Assembly: GCF_000400465.1 (NCBI RefSeq)
Contig: NW_008806274.1
Location: forward strand, 690,244-722,243
Length of the DNA stretch: 32,000 bases
Reading direction: 5' to 3'
DNA from: Wallemia ichthyophaga EXF-994
Taxonomy: Eukaryota > Fungi > Basidiomycota
Shown here piece by piece: positions 1 through 8,754 of this stretch; position 1 is the first letter of the stretch; every line of letters begins with the position of its first letter. The notes beneath the pieces were generated by a model, which was given only the letters and a program-made list of their open reading frames with translations, did no database searches and was not told the DNA's origin. A program made the position numbers and the translations under genes.

Positions 1-164
1 GAGATGAATTCGATGCTGCTGTGCAATGGCCGATGCCAGGCATCGAAAATCTCAGCGAAAGAGAGAAGATAGTGAGAGATGCACTCTACGGGACAGACAG
101 CAGCAACGCGCCAGGACTGGAGATTGTCGAGGAGGCTGAGAGGCAGCTGGAGGAGGAGAAATAG
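1..164 (+). CDS. 3' end of an unidentified protein-coding gene (partial, starts before window)
   Basis: Open frame from nt 3: DEFDAAVQWPMPGIENLSEREKIVRDALYGTDSSNAPGLEIVEEAERQLEEEK, stop TAG at 162-164, followed by AT-rich 3' sequence. Family not recognised. Confidence 0.7.
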   Translation, partial: DEFDAAVQWPMPGIENLSEREKIVRDALYGTDSSNAPGLEIVEEAERQLEEEK

Positions 165-222
165 ATATATTTGTGTACTTGTATTTTACAATTCTTAATT
201 CCTCGTTTAGCACTTGACTACG

Positions 223-1296
223 ATGATTGCTGGTATTTCGAAGCAGTCAATTCTGACTTGTACGACGCGTTCTTATACACGTACCTGCCCTCTAACTTTC
301 TTATCAAGTCGCTGTCCTCGTTCTTCCCGCACTCGCGCCCAAGCTGATGGCAGCGTGCAGGAGACTATCAGAATTCCACAGCATAGAGACTTTTAAAGTG
401 AGTTTTAATGGCTTTCAAATGCCTCACCACCTAACACCCCTGAAGCGTCTTGAAACTAACAAAAAATCCCTCAAGTCACTCGCAATAGTCGCGTCGATAA
501 TCCTATTCAACCTCTTGAAGGCTATCAAATCAGCTCTCACATCCGACAACATCTTCGCAAAGCTTCCTATAAACGTATCACAGCCACTCCTCGAAAATGT
601 TTACAACCCGAACAATGACGTTAGTTTATCGACTTTCTTTTCCCGTCTAAATAGCTTCGATTTGCGTTTGCAGTATGTCAGATGGGGCGATAGGGCAGCG
701 CGACAATGCACGTGGTGCTCTCCTCAAAGTGGTCTTGATTTTGCCTTGGAATCATTTAGTGGTACTTTTGCACCATACGTGATCACATTCACTGCCCTTT
801 TATTCTACATAGAGCTTCAACACAAGCTGCACCTTGGTAAACCACTTTTCATGCTGCTTTCGGGGGCCTTCCTTGCTCATTTCATCGCTTTGGTGGCGTA
901 CGACACCCGTCCAAACCCCAATTTTCCTCCGACTATAGTGGGTTGACGGGTAAATCTCAAAAACGCTCTATCTGACACTAACCCCAGTTAGCTGACGTGT
1001 TGAAAGTACTCAGCTATGTTTTCTTGACTGCTATGTCCTCTTACACGCTATCAGTCAAGCCCAACAAGTACTACTCGTCTCCTCCAGATGCAATAAATCT
1101 CCTCAAACCAATAGTAGTTCCCCAAAAAGCTCTCCTCACATCCATCAAAGCACTCAATATAACCAATGAAGCCAGAAGAACACTCAACCTGAACCGCAAA
1201 GTACCCACTGAGAGGATCAAGAAGAGCTCAGATGTAGCGACATACCAAGTCATTGAAAATGAGGCTGATCGGCTTATTGATGCATTTGGTTTGTGA
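223..1296 (+). CDS. Uncharacterised fungal multi-pass membrane protein (4 exons)
   Basis: ATG 223; introns 260-308 (GTACGA..CTAAC..AAG), 398-445 (GTGAGT..CTAAC..AAG) and 938-987 (GTGGGT..CTAAC..CAG) join the ORF-track pieces in one frame. Protein MIAGISKQSILTFAVLVLPALAPKL...; several hydrophobic segments and the motif RLQYVRWGDRAARQCTWCS, which I recall from a conserved fungal hypothetical family. Confidence 0.75.
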
Positions 1297-1370
1297 GTAA
1301 AGTAGTAGTCGAAATCTGTAATATATTGTACTTAGAATTACACACTAAAAATACATCTTGTATAACACTA

Positions 1371-2577
1371 TCAATGGTCATCCTCGTCAAATCCAGGACA
1401 GTTTTCATTCATGTCTTGTTTTGACTGATATTTGCAGCCGCTGTGAGATGTTATTGTGAAGTATGATCCGAAAAATTACCTACTCACCACCAAAAGCAGT
1501 AGGAGTGCACTTCTCTGGCGTATTCTTGGGTGAATCTCAATCTGACAATAGGCTGAGTTTGTTAGCTTGATTGATGTGGACAATTTCACCTCACATCCAG
1601 CTTTATAAAGTCTTTGCATTGCTGAACCACCTCCGGATCTACGTCGCTAATGTTTTCGACACTGTTATCGTTCACGTCTTCATCAATGTCCTCATTGCGC
1701 AGTTTATCATGCTGCATCTGCTCCTTCAGTTGTTTGGCTAGTGACTCGTTGTTGTAGGTATGCTGGACCGGCTGTACATCTTCCGAGAGAATGAAAGGTG
1801 GATAGGTGTCTACGTCGTATGGATTGATCCAAAACACGTTGAACTAGTGAGCATGAGCGTGAGAGGTGAGATGTGAGTATAACAATCGTACAATCACACA
1901 CACCTTAATCTCTAAATCCTCGTCTGCATTCTTGATTGTAGTTCTCAGTTGTCTCAGCACGCCTTCTGATTTACGTGCGTTAGCTTCGAATGTCTTGCGG
2001 ACTCTGAAATCCTGCTGGTTCTCCATAAGCGCGCTGCTAGCTGCAGCTGCCTCGGAAATCTGCTTTGATGACACCACCCTCTGCACCCCAATACCCGATC
2101 TGCCGTCCAAGAAGTAAGGTTTAACGGGTTCTACGTGAGCTTTTTTCTGTGGGTGAGTGTGTTCTCCCGCGTGCTCAGGCCCATTCTCAGACTCATTCCC
2201 AACCTCATCAACGACATCATGCTCCCGTTTACCCAGTGATTGACCAGGCTTAAAGCCCATTTTGATCATCATGTTTAGCGCCTTGTTCGAACTATCCCCT
2301 TCTTCACCCGCCTCTTTGATTATATTCCGTTCGAGACCTTCCTCTATGGTTTCACGCTCGCGTTGCTTTTTCGACACGATGCGCCCGGCCATGTTCTTAT
2401 CCTCGCTCTGCTTGAGCGCCTGTAGACGCATTTCGCCATACGTTTGGTCCTTGCCCTTTCCATCCTTCTTCTCGAGCTCTGCTGCCTGGGTGAGGAAAGC
2501 GTCATCCATGAAATCGACCTCGTCGTCACCTGCAAGCTGGTTAGGGTGGGTGGAGTGAATAGAGAACACCTGCTCAT
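1371..2577 (-). CDS. G-patch domain protein with C-terminal DUF4187 (GPATCH11-like), 5 exons
   Basis: G-patch SNKALNMMIKMGFKPGQSLGK; C-terminal YCFWCGCKYQS...CPGFDEDDH* after splicing introns 1903-1844, 1594-1553 and 1487-1441. Start ATG 2577 needs a GC-AG intron 2573-2530, giving MSDDEVDFMDDAFL. Confidence 0.85.
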
Positions 2578-2621
2578 GGTCGTTGTCGTCGTCGTTGTGG
2601 TGAAGAAAGCCGACTTACTCT

Positions 2622-2642
2622 CAACTCCCAACTCCCAACTCC
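2622..2642. repeat. (CAACTCC)x3 tandem repeat in the 72-bp divergent intergenic region
   Basis: Three exact 7-nt copies at 2622-2628, 2629-2635 and 2636-2642, read directly from the sequence. Confidence 0.9.
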
Positions 2643-2649
2643 TACGGCT

Positions 2650-3747
2650 ATGTCAGATGACGAGGACTATCAGCAGGCGGCTCTGAAAGCCCTAGAAGCT
2701 CACCAGAAAGCTTTCGAGAATCAGTTCGCTCCTCCTCCCTCCAAGTCTGCGAGGGAAGACCAATCCAGCGACGATAGCCACGATAGCGACAATAGCGATG
2801 ATGGCAAGAGCAGCGACGACAACAACGACAACGACGATGGCAGCATACAGAGTTTCGACAGTGACGACGATATCATCGGCTCGGATACCGCCGCTCAAGT
2901 CGACGATCTGTTTAATGTCGGAAAGCGTAAGTCAGCACTATGCCCACAGTCACACTCACTCACACCTGCCAGTGAAAGGAAAAGGCAAGCAGAAAGAGGA
3001 TAGCGCACCACGCAACGCTCCAAATGAGCCGCAGGTCGTGGTTTTCGGTGAGCAGGCTGGCGCGTCTGCACCTTCCACCCGAGACAGGGACAGCAAGAGG
3101 GCGCAGAAAGCATTCATGGTGAGCGTGTCTGTCTGCACTCTCGAGTACTCCCCCCTGACCCTCCAACGCAGTCTTCGAAGGTTAACAAAGTCCAGCAAGG
3201 TCCTTCCGAAGGCACAAAAAGCAAGCAGCGCAAACCATCTCAAATGAGCGACGCAGATAGATCCAATATAGAGAATGATAAAGAATTAGAACAGCTCCTG
3301 CACTCGCAACTCTTCACTGCGCGTGAAAACACAAAAAACATGAAAGCTGGCGATAAGATGAGGATGTATGAAGGCCGTTTGCTTGAAATAGCAGGTAAAG
3401 CAGATGTCGGACGTGGCGCTGCCAAGTTGAAGAAAGCGGAGCATAAGAAAGCATCTGGTGTCGTGCGTACCGGCTTAGAGAAACATGATAAGGAGATGAA
3501 GGTGAATGAACTCCAGCACGCTAAGGATCTAGGCGTCTACGACAAATCTCTCAAGCATCTCTACGAAGGCGCTGAAGGAAAATCCAAAGCTACGAAACGG
3601 TCTTTCGGTAGTCTCAACGCTGATCGCGATAATAAGAGACAAAAGGGTCTGAGTATGGGTGTTGGTAAATTCAAGAATGGCATGCTGTCTATATCTAAAG
3701 CTGAGATCGATTCCGTCAATTCCCAACCGAAAAGGAGGGGTAAGTAG
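2650..3747 (+). CDS. FAF1: Faf1-like small-subunit processome / 18S rRNA processing factor (3 exons)
   Basis: Introns 2927-2972 and 3119-3171 join three ORF pieces. Acidic N-terminus, EPQVVVF, KAFMSSK, NDKELEQLLHSQL and C-terminal KGLSMGVGKFKNGMLSISKAEID match the fungal Faf1 family as I recall it. Confidence 0.75.
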
Positions 3748-4037
3748 TGTGATATTACGGATTTTTATATTGTATTGACTTATTAATCGTAATTTTTATT
3801 ATAAGGTGTTTCTGGGGCGTTCTGACGGGGATCTTGAGGTGTTTTGAGAAGCGACGATATACATTACGTTGTAACTCAGTATTTATGGAGCGCTATATAG
3901 AGTGAAAAAACAGAGCCATAAGTAGAGATAAATTAGACTCAAATACGTCCCACATATACATTTATCTTTGTTAAATTTGAATTGTTTGATAGACGTTACA
4001 ACAAAACATAGAAGAATCATCGAGCAATAGCCCAACG

Positions 4038-4129
4038 GCACGCATCGGATAGTGGTATTCCGTCACGTTCAGGCTTCTAAGTACATCGTGATGCCTCAGG
4101 CGTCCTGGGTTCGAATCCCAGTGCGTGCA
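4038..4129 (+). tRNA. tRNA with CAG anticodon, most likely tRNA-Leu(CAG), 12-nt intron 4074-4085
   Basis: Acceptor GCACGCA/TGCGTGC (7/7 pairs), A73; D arm GGATAGTGGTATTCC; anticodon stem TCACG/CGTGA with loop TT-CAG-G-[intron]-T; intron A at 4083 can pair with T32 (A-I pair); 13-nt variable region TGCCTCAGGCGTC; T arm CTGGG-TTCGAAT-CCCAG; T-tracts downstream. Confidence 0.88.
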
Positions 4130-4134
4130 AAAAC

Positions 4135-4144
4135 TTTTGTTTTT
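4135..4144 (+). terminator. Pol III terminator (T4-G-T5) of the CAG tRNA gene
   Basis: TTTT at 4135-4138 and TTTTT at 4140-4144, just 3' of the discriminator base. Confidence 0.75.
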
Positions 4145-4691
4145 GACGACTCTGATATTAACCCTAATAATCTCATCTTTTGTCGGACTTATTTGTTGTT
4201 GTCTTTACATGAATCATTTTAATCATTATGTATAAACAGACCGATGTAGGGAGGAATGCTGCTTCTGATTCGTGTCTTAGTTGATGTCATTCGAATATTG
4301 AAAGATGTTTATGAAACGTAAATGCAACGACGACTGGTTTATTTATTTTTAAGTGTAAATTTTGAGTGATGTTATGTTTATTATTTTGAGTGGCAACTTA
4401 GCTTTCATTTACTCCTGGTACATCATATAGCAGTTAGCTAGAGTGATTAAGCAGCAGAAGCAACCATAAATCCATTCTAAATCACTTTTGAATTGCACTC
4501 AAACTGTTTATAAAGAATATTCGATAAAAATATATTGTTTTCTTTTCCTAAAAGGGAAGGTTTTTCGAAAATCAAGACCAACATTTCCTATCCCAAATTC
4601 GGGCTATGGATGCTTTAAAGTAGATTCTAGGTTGATCCCTAACCGTGAACATATCTCGAATCTAACCATAAACCACTACATCAGTGCAATA

Positions 4692-5702
4692 ATGGTTCAA
4701 ACAAGATCTAAGGGTAAATCTGCAGCCAAAAAAAGCAGCTCAGTCAGGACCAGAGCAGTCTCAAGGAAACCAAACGCCTCAATTCCGTCAAAGCGCAATT
4801 GCCCACCCCAATTCAGGCGTTTGGTTGATCCTCAATTCGCAGGCCCATCAACGCCCACGTATAAACAGTCAAATACAAGTGACATGGCACCAGAGGAAAT
4901 TGACATGCTACTTTATGACATAAAGCCGAACTTCGATCACATTCGCAAAACTATGGGTTTAGTGAGTGGTGAAGTAAAATCTTGACTCCTGACTGAACCC
5001 CCATCCCAGCACAAAGCGAACTTCACCCTCAAAGTATTAATGTGAGAGGTTAACATATATCTCGAACATAAATCCTAACACCATCACAGGCTTACCACCA
5101 TTCCTGACTCGGGTATTCGATTCTGTTGCCATGAGAAACACGGTTTCGTAATTTACGACAAGAAGCTAGTGAGAAACCTTAGATGACTTTGAATGTTCTA
5201 ACTTCAACCAGCTCGTCCCGATGCTGGAAATATATGCCCGTCTGAGCTCAAAAATTTCAGCATGCCTAAACTCATTTATGAGAAGTAGTCAGAGTAACTT
5301 CACTGTCAAATGTCAGTGTCCGAACATGGTTGATCAGAATTCTTTGTGCCTAAGTAAACGCATGCTGTTTTACAAGTTCCGCCAACCCTTCAATGGCAAT
5401 TACAATGTAAGATTTTATGGCGCTTTTGCAGGTGTGAGTCAGCTGACATCTAGATTTAGGACTTCTTCGAACAGGACCTAGTAAGAAGTGCTGTTGAGGA
5501 AAGAAATAGCATAAAGCCGGCATCATGGATTTTTAAGGAAGCGTATAAGGACATTGCGAAGAAGCAAGGTTTTGTCTTTGAAATGAAAAGTGAAGACGAG
5601 ACTAGTAGTACTAGCAGCGACGAAATTATTCCAAAGCGTAAGATATCCGCAAACTTTCCAATTGGAACATCGCAGATAATGTTGAAGTTATACAAGGTTT
5701 AG
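4692..5702 (+). CDS. Orphan multi-exon gene; basic N-terminus and a possible divergent HSF-type winged-helix domain
   Basis: ATG 4692 (MVQTRSKGK...). Four canonical introns (4962-5009, 5042-5089, 5169-5211, 5407-5459) keep one frame to TAG 5700-5702. Segment NFTLKVLMLTTIPDSGIRFCCHEKHGFVIYDKKLLVPMLEIY...KRMLFYKFRQ loosely follows the HSF pattern. Extra introns in exon 4 are possible. Confidence 0.6.
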
Positions 5703-6320
5703 TGCAAATTGGTGAAAAGAATCAGCAGCGAATTTTGTGAGGCTTAGCAAGACCTCATCGAGGTAGTGTGAAGGTTGGTGAATGCGTTGAAACGGCGCTC
5801 AAAGAGCAATTTATTACATATGGCTATATAATATATAATATATTACTTCTGTAACATTTCTTATTCTTATTCCATGTTAAATACGTGCTTTTTATTTAGT
5901 AATGTTGATTGTAGCAGCGATTAAGGACAAATCTCGAAAGAAACTTTTGCTTGAAGTGAGCTTCAGTGTAATCCATCAAAATGGAAGTTGTGAATTCTCT
6001 AGTTCTTACATGCAAGTTCGAGGACAGCTGGCAAAATATCGTCCTAAACGTCACATATTGATCCCGAATTTGATTGAAAAAGTCAAGTCGTAGGTTAAGA
6101 AAGTGAAGCATTCTGCATCTTTTTTGAACCAATAGTTTACGAGCAATTATAGAACTTACTAGGCGGGAAATATCGCAGGCCTGGCAATAACCTTAATATA
6201 TCTGATGCGTAACGCAAAACCATTTGATGTCCTTTAAACAGCAGAGTCTGATGCGAACAGAGAATACGCTCTGAACAACGTTAAAAACTATCACTTCGAT
6301 TTGTTGGAGGAAAAAAGTAA

Positions 6321-6394
6321 CTCTCCGAGGTGGGCTCGAACCACCAACCTCCCGATTAACAGTCGGACGCGCTAGCCAATTGCGCCATCGGAGA
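6321..6394 (-). tRNA. tRNA-Asn(GTT), intronless
   Basis: Reverse complement TCTCCGA TG GCGC AATTGGCT AGCGC G TCCGA CT GTT AA TCGGG AGGTT GGTGG TTCGAGC CCACC TCGGAGA G: full cloverleaf, G73, T6 terminator at 6316-6311. Confidence 0.96.
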
Positions 6395-7026
6395 TGTTTT
6401 TGAATGATTCTGGCTAAATATAATATTAAGAAATTCTAGATGAAATCTTAATAAAAAGTAAAAACTCATTTTCGTCCCACGACTAAATATTACCGTTACC
6501 GCTTCCGACTGATTGATTTACCTTAATGCAGTGCGTGTGGCTCAGAGGACACCATCTCACATAGAATCTTCCTCTGCAAAAGACATATAATGTCCAGAAT
6601 CACATTGAGAAGAAAGATTACCAACATCAATATTCAGTTCGAATTAGGTCCAATACTCAGAAACGCACACTCTCTACAAGTCCTTTGCGAGTTCTTCAAA
6701 CCGCAATTGACTACATACTAAAGATACTCCGCTGGTACAAAATAATTAAGAACCACTAACAATATATAATTTACGACGCTAGTCAAGAAACGCTTCCAGT
6801 AAGTTCAGCACTCCCTTTGACTCCTCATGCTTTAAGAAGTATTATTGGTAAACGCAGTTTAAACAATTTATCGTCTAAACAATGTATTCAGATTTCATCA
6901 TCATCATCATAAAATTATTTTTGAGGATGCAATAAAAGAAAATCTTTACACTGATGGTCTTCAAGAGCTCTTCATCAGACAACGTAAATACAAAACACGT
7001 GCATACTGTGGAAAGAGTCCTCCTAG

Positions 7027-7034
7027 TGACGTCA
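7027..7034. promoter_or_regulatory. Perfect CRE (ATF/CREB-type bZIP site) upstream of the aldo-keto reductase
   Basis: TGACGTCA about 85-92 nt before ATG 7119, inside an extended near-palindrome CCTAGTGACGTCATAGG. Function is inferred from the consensus only. Confidence 0.4.
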
Positions 7035-7118
7035 TAGGTGAAATTCATTCATGATGCAATTTGAAAGCCATTGGAGTGAGAAACCTAGCTCTCTACAACT
7101 CACACAATCACCAACATT

Positions 7119-7949
7119 ATGGCAAAACTAACTCCTTCATCAACTATCAAGCTGAATAATGGTGCTCAGCATCCCGTTATCGGACTAGGGACATATTTAC
7201 TCAAAGACAGTGCATCTATAGCACAAGCGATAAACACAGGCTACAAGGCACTAGATACGGCCTGCTTTTACCACAATCACAAGGAATTTGGCAAAGGAGT
7301 GCGTGATTCTGGAGTACCACGTGAGAGTCTATACCTCATTTCCAAAGTAGATCCATGGACTGGGACAGTGCGCAATGCACGACAATCTATCCTGCAGTCG
7401 CTACAAGATGCGCAGGTCGGCTATTGGGACCTAGTTTTGGTCCACTCGCCAAGCGGCGGGAAGAGTGTGAGAATGGGTGCGTATCAGGAGCTTTCGACAT
7501 TAGTGGAAGAGGGCAAAATACGCTCATTGGGAGTGTCAAATTATGGAGTTAAACACATCGAGGAGTTGCTCAACTCGAAACCTAAATACACACCGGTGGT
7601 TAATCAGGTAGAGGTCCACACTATGCATTCTAACAGTGAGGTCGTGGAGTGGTGTAAGAAGCAGGGTATCCTCGTACAGGCTTACTGTCCACTAGCGAGA
7701 TGTAGGTCGTTGAAAGATGAGAGGATTGGGAGCGTCGCTGAGAAGCACGGCGCTACGAATGCACAAGTGATGCTGGCGTGGTTGATCGGTAGGGGTTTGG
7801 TGCCCCTGCCAAAATCAGGCAACAAAGAAAGACAACAAGACAATTTACAGAGCTTAAAAGTGGAATTAAGCGATGAGGATAATGCGCTACTAAACGGCTT
7901 AGACATGGAAATGGACGTAGATGGGCAATTTATGATACAAAGTATGTGA
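7119..7949 (+). CDS. Aldo-keto reductase (AKR superfamily, Gcy1/2,5-DKG reductase-like), single exon
   Basis: 276 aa; PVIGLGTY, catalytic tetrad in DTACFY / YLISK / LVLVHSP, GKIRSLGVSNYG, PVVNQVEVH, QAYCPL, PLPKS. Confidence 0.95.
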   Translation: MAKLTPSSTIKLNNGAQHPVIGLGTYLLKDSASIAQAINTGYKALDTACFYHNHKEFGKGVRDSGVPRESLYLISKVDPWTGTVRNARQSILQSLQDAQVGYWDLVLVHSPSGGKSVRMGAYQELSTLVEEGKIRSLGVSNYGVKHIEELLNSKPKYTPVVNQVEVHTMHSNSEVVEWCKKQGILVQAYCPLARCRSLKDERIGSVAEKHGATNAQVMLAWLIGRGLVPLPKSGNKERQQDNLQSLKVELSDEDNALLNGLDMEMDVDGQFMIQSM

Positions 7950-7987
7950 CAAACGATGCAAATAGGTATAAAGTAAAATTATCAGAG

Positions 7988-8672
7988 TCAGTCTATAGAT
8001 GTCTCAAGTAGCTTTTTCGTGTAAGAGTCTAATTCGGATTGATTGATGACGAGATTAAAGTCGTTGAGGAGGAGGAAGTGTAGTTCTAGTTGATTGAGTT
8101 CAGAGAGCGGGAGACCACCGACCTGTGTTATGAGTGAGTGAGTGTATGATCAAGAGAAGGATACCCACCTTTGCATACCTCGAGTTGGTGTAAAATATGT
8201 CAGAGAAGAATTTGGAGGACACGGTGATCCCAGCAATAATCAGCCTGTGGATATTGTAGCTGTTGATTGTGAAAAGAGAAGACAGCAATTTCATTCTATC
8301 AAAGTATATGATGAGGCTGATAAATACTTCATTCGTAGAAGGGCAGTACCTGAGTATTCTAACGAGGTAATTATGTATGCTGATCGAAGGAATGGATTTT
8401 GCTTGGAAGAGTTGGAGAGTGGACGGATTGTTGAGTGAGGAAGAGCATGCTTGGGTGTGTGGGTGGTGGTGTTGTGTTTGTGTTTGTACTGGTGGCTGTG
8501 GTTGCTCCTGCTGAGCCTGCCCCCGCTGTCCCCGCTGTTGTCCCCGCTGAGGCTGAAATTGAGAGTGAAAACCCCGCTCATCTTCCTGTTCCTCATCCAG
8601 TACCTGATCGCCAATGCCATTTAAAATGAATTTCGAAATGAATAAAATCAAATTATTGGTGTCCATATCCAT
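7988..8672 (-). CDS. Pho80/Pcl-family cyclin (Pcl6/Pcl7-like), 2 exons
   Basis: PSISIHNYLVRILRYCP, YNIHRLIIAGITVSSKFFSDIFYTNSRYAK, then intron 8168-8123, then VGGLPLSELNQLELHFLLLNDFNL...SID*. Q/H-rich insert near the N-terminus. First ATG 8672. Confidence 0.9.
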
Positions 8673-8754
8673 CGTAACGACGTTGAGTGAGGGACTCAAA
8701 GGGAGCAAACTCGCAAACTCGAATACGCGGTGAAATAGGAAATCGAGTAAATGA

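Noticed and set aside
4038-4129. CUG codon reassignment, or tRNA-Sec (TCA lies within TTCAG)
   Set aside because: CTG occurs at invariant Leu positions in the ABC Walker B, MOB1 and the Est1-like HHLG motif. The tRNA has a canonical 7/5 fold with a loop centred on CAG, not the 9/4 Sec fold.
4159-4167. TAACCCTAA, a telomerase-template-like 9-mer downstream of the tRNA
   Set aside because: A single 9-mer is expected by chance in 32 kb on two strands, and no other telomerase RNA features were visible.
6321-6394. tRNA-Asn with a U1:A72 pair (more typical of Asp/Glu tRNAs)
   Set aside because: All other features and the identity elements (GUU, G73) are canonical; probably ordinary variation.
5896-6912. 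Short ORFs 5896-6132 and 5902-6093, and possible small spliced genes near 6130-6230 (minus) and 6526-6912 (plus)
   Set aside because: Several incompatible exon models fit equally well and none gives a recognisable protein; this cannot be supported without RNA data.
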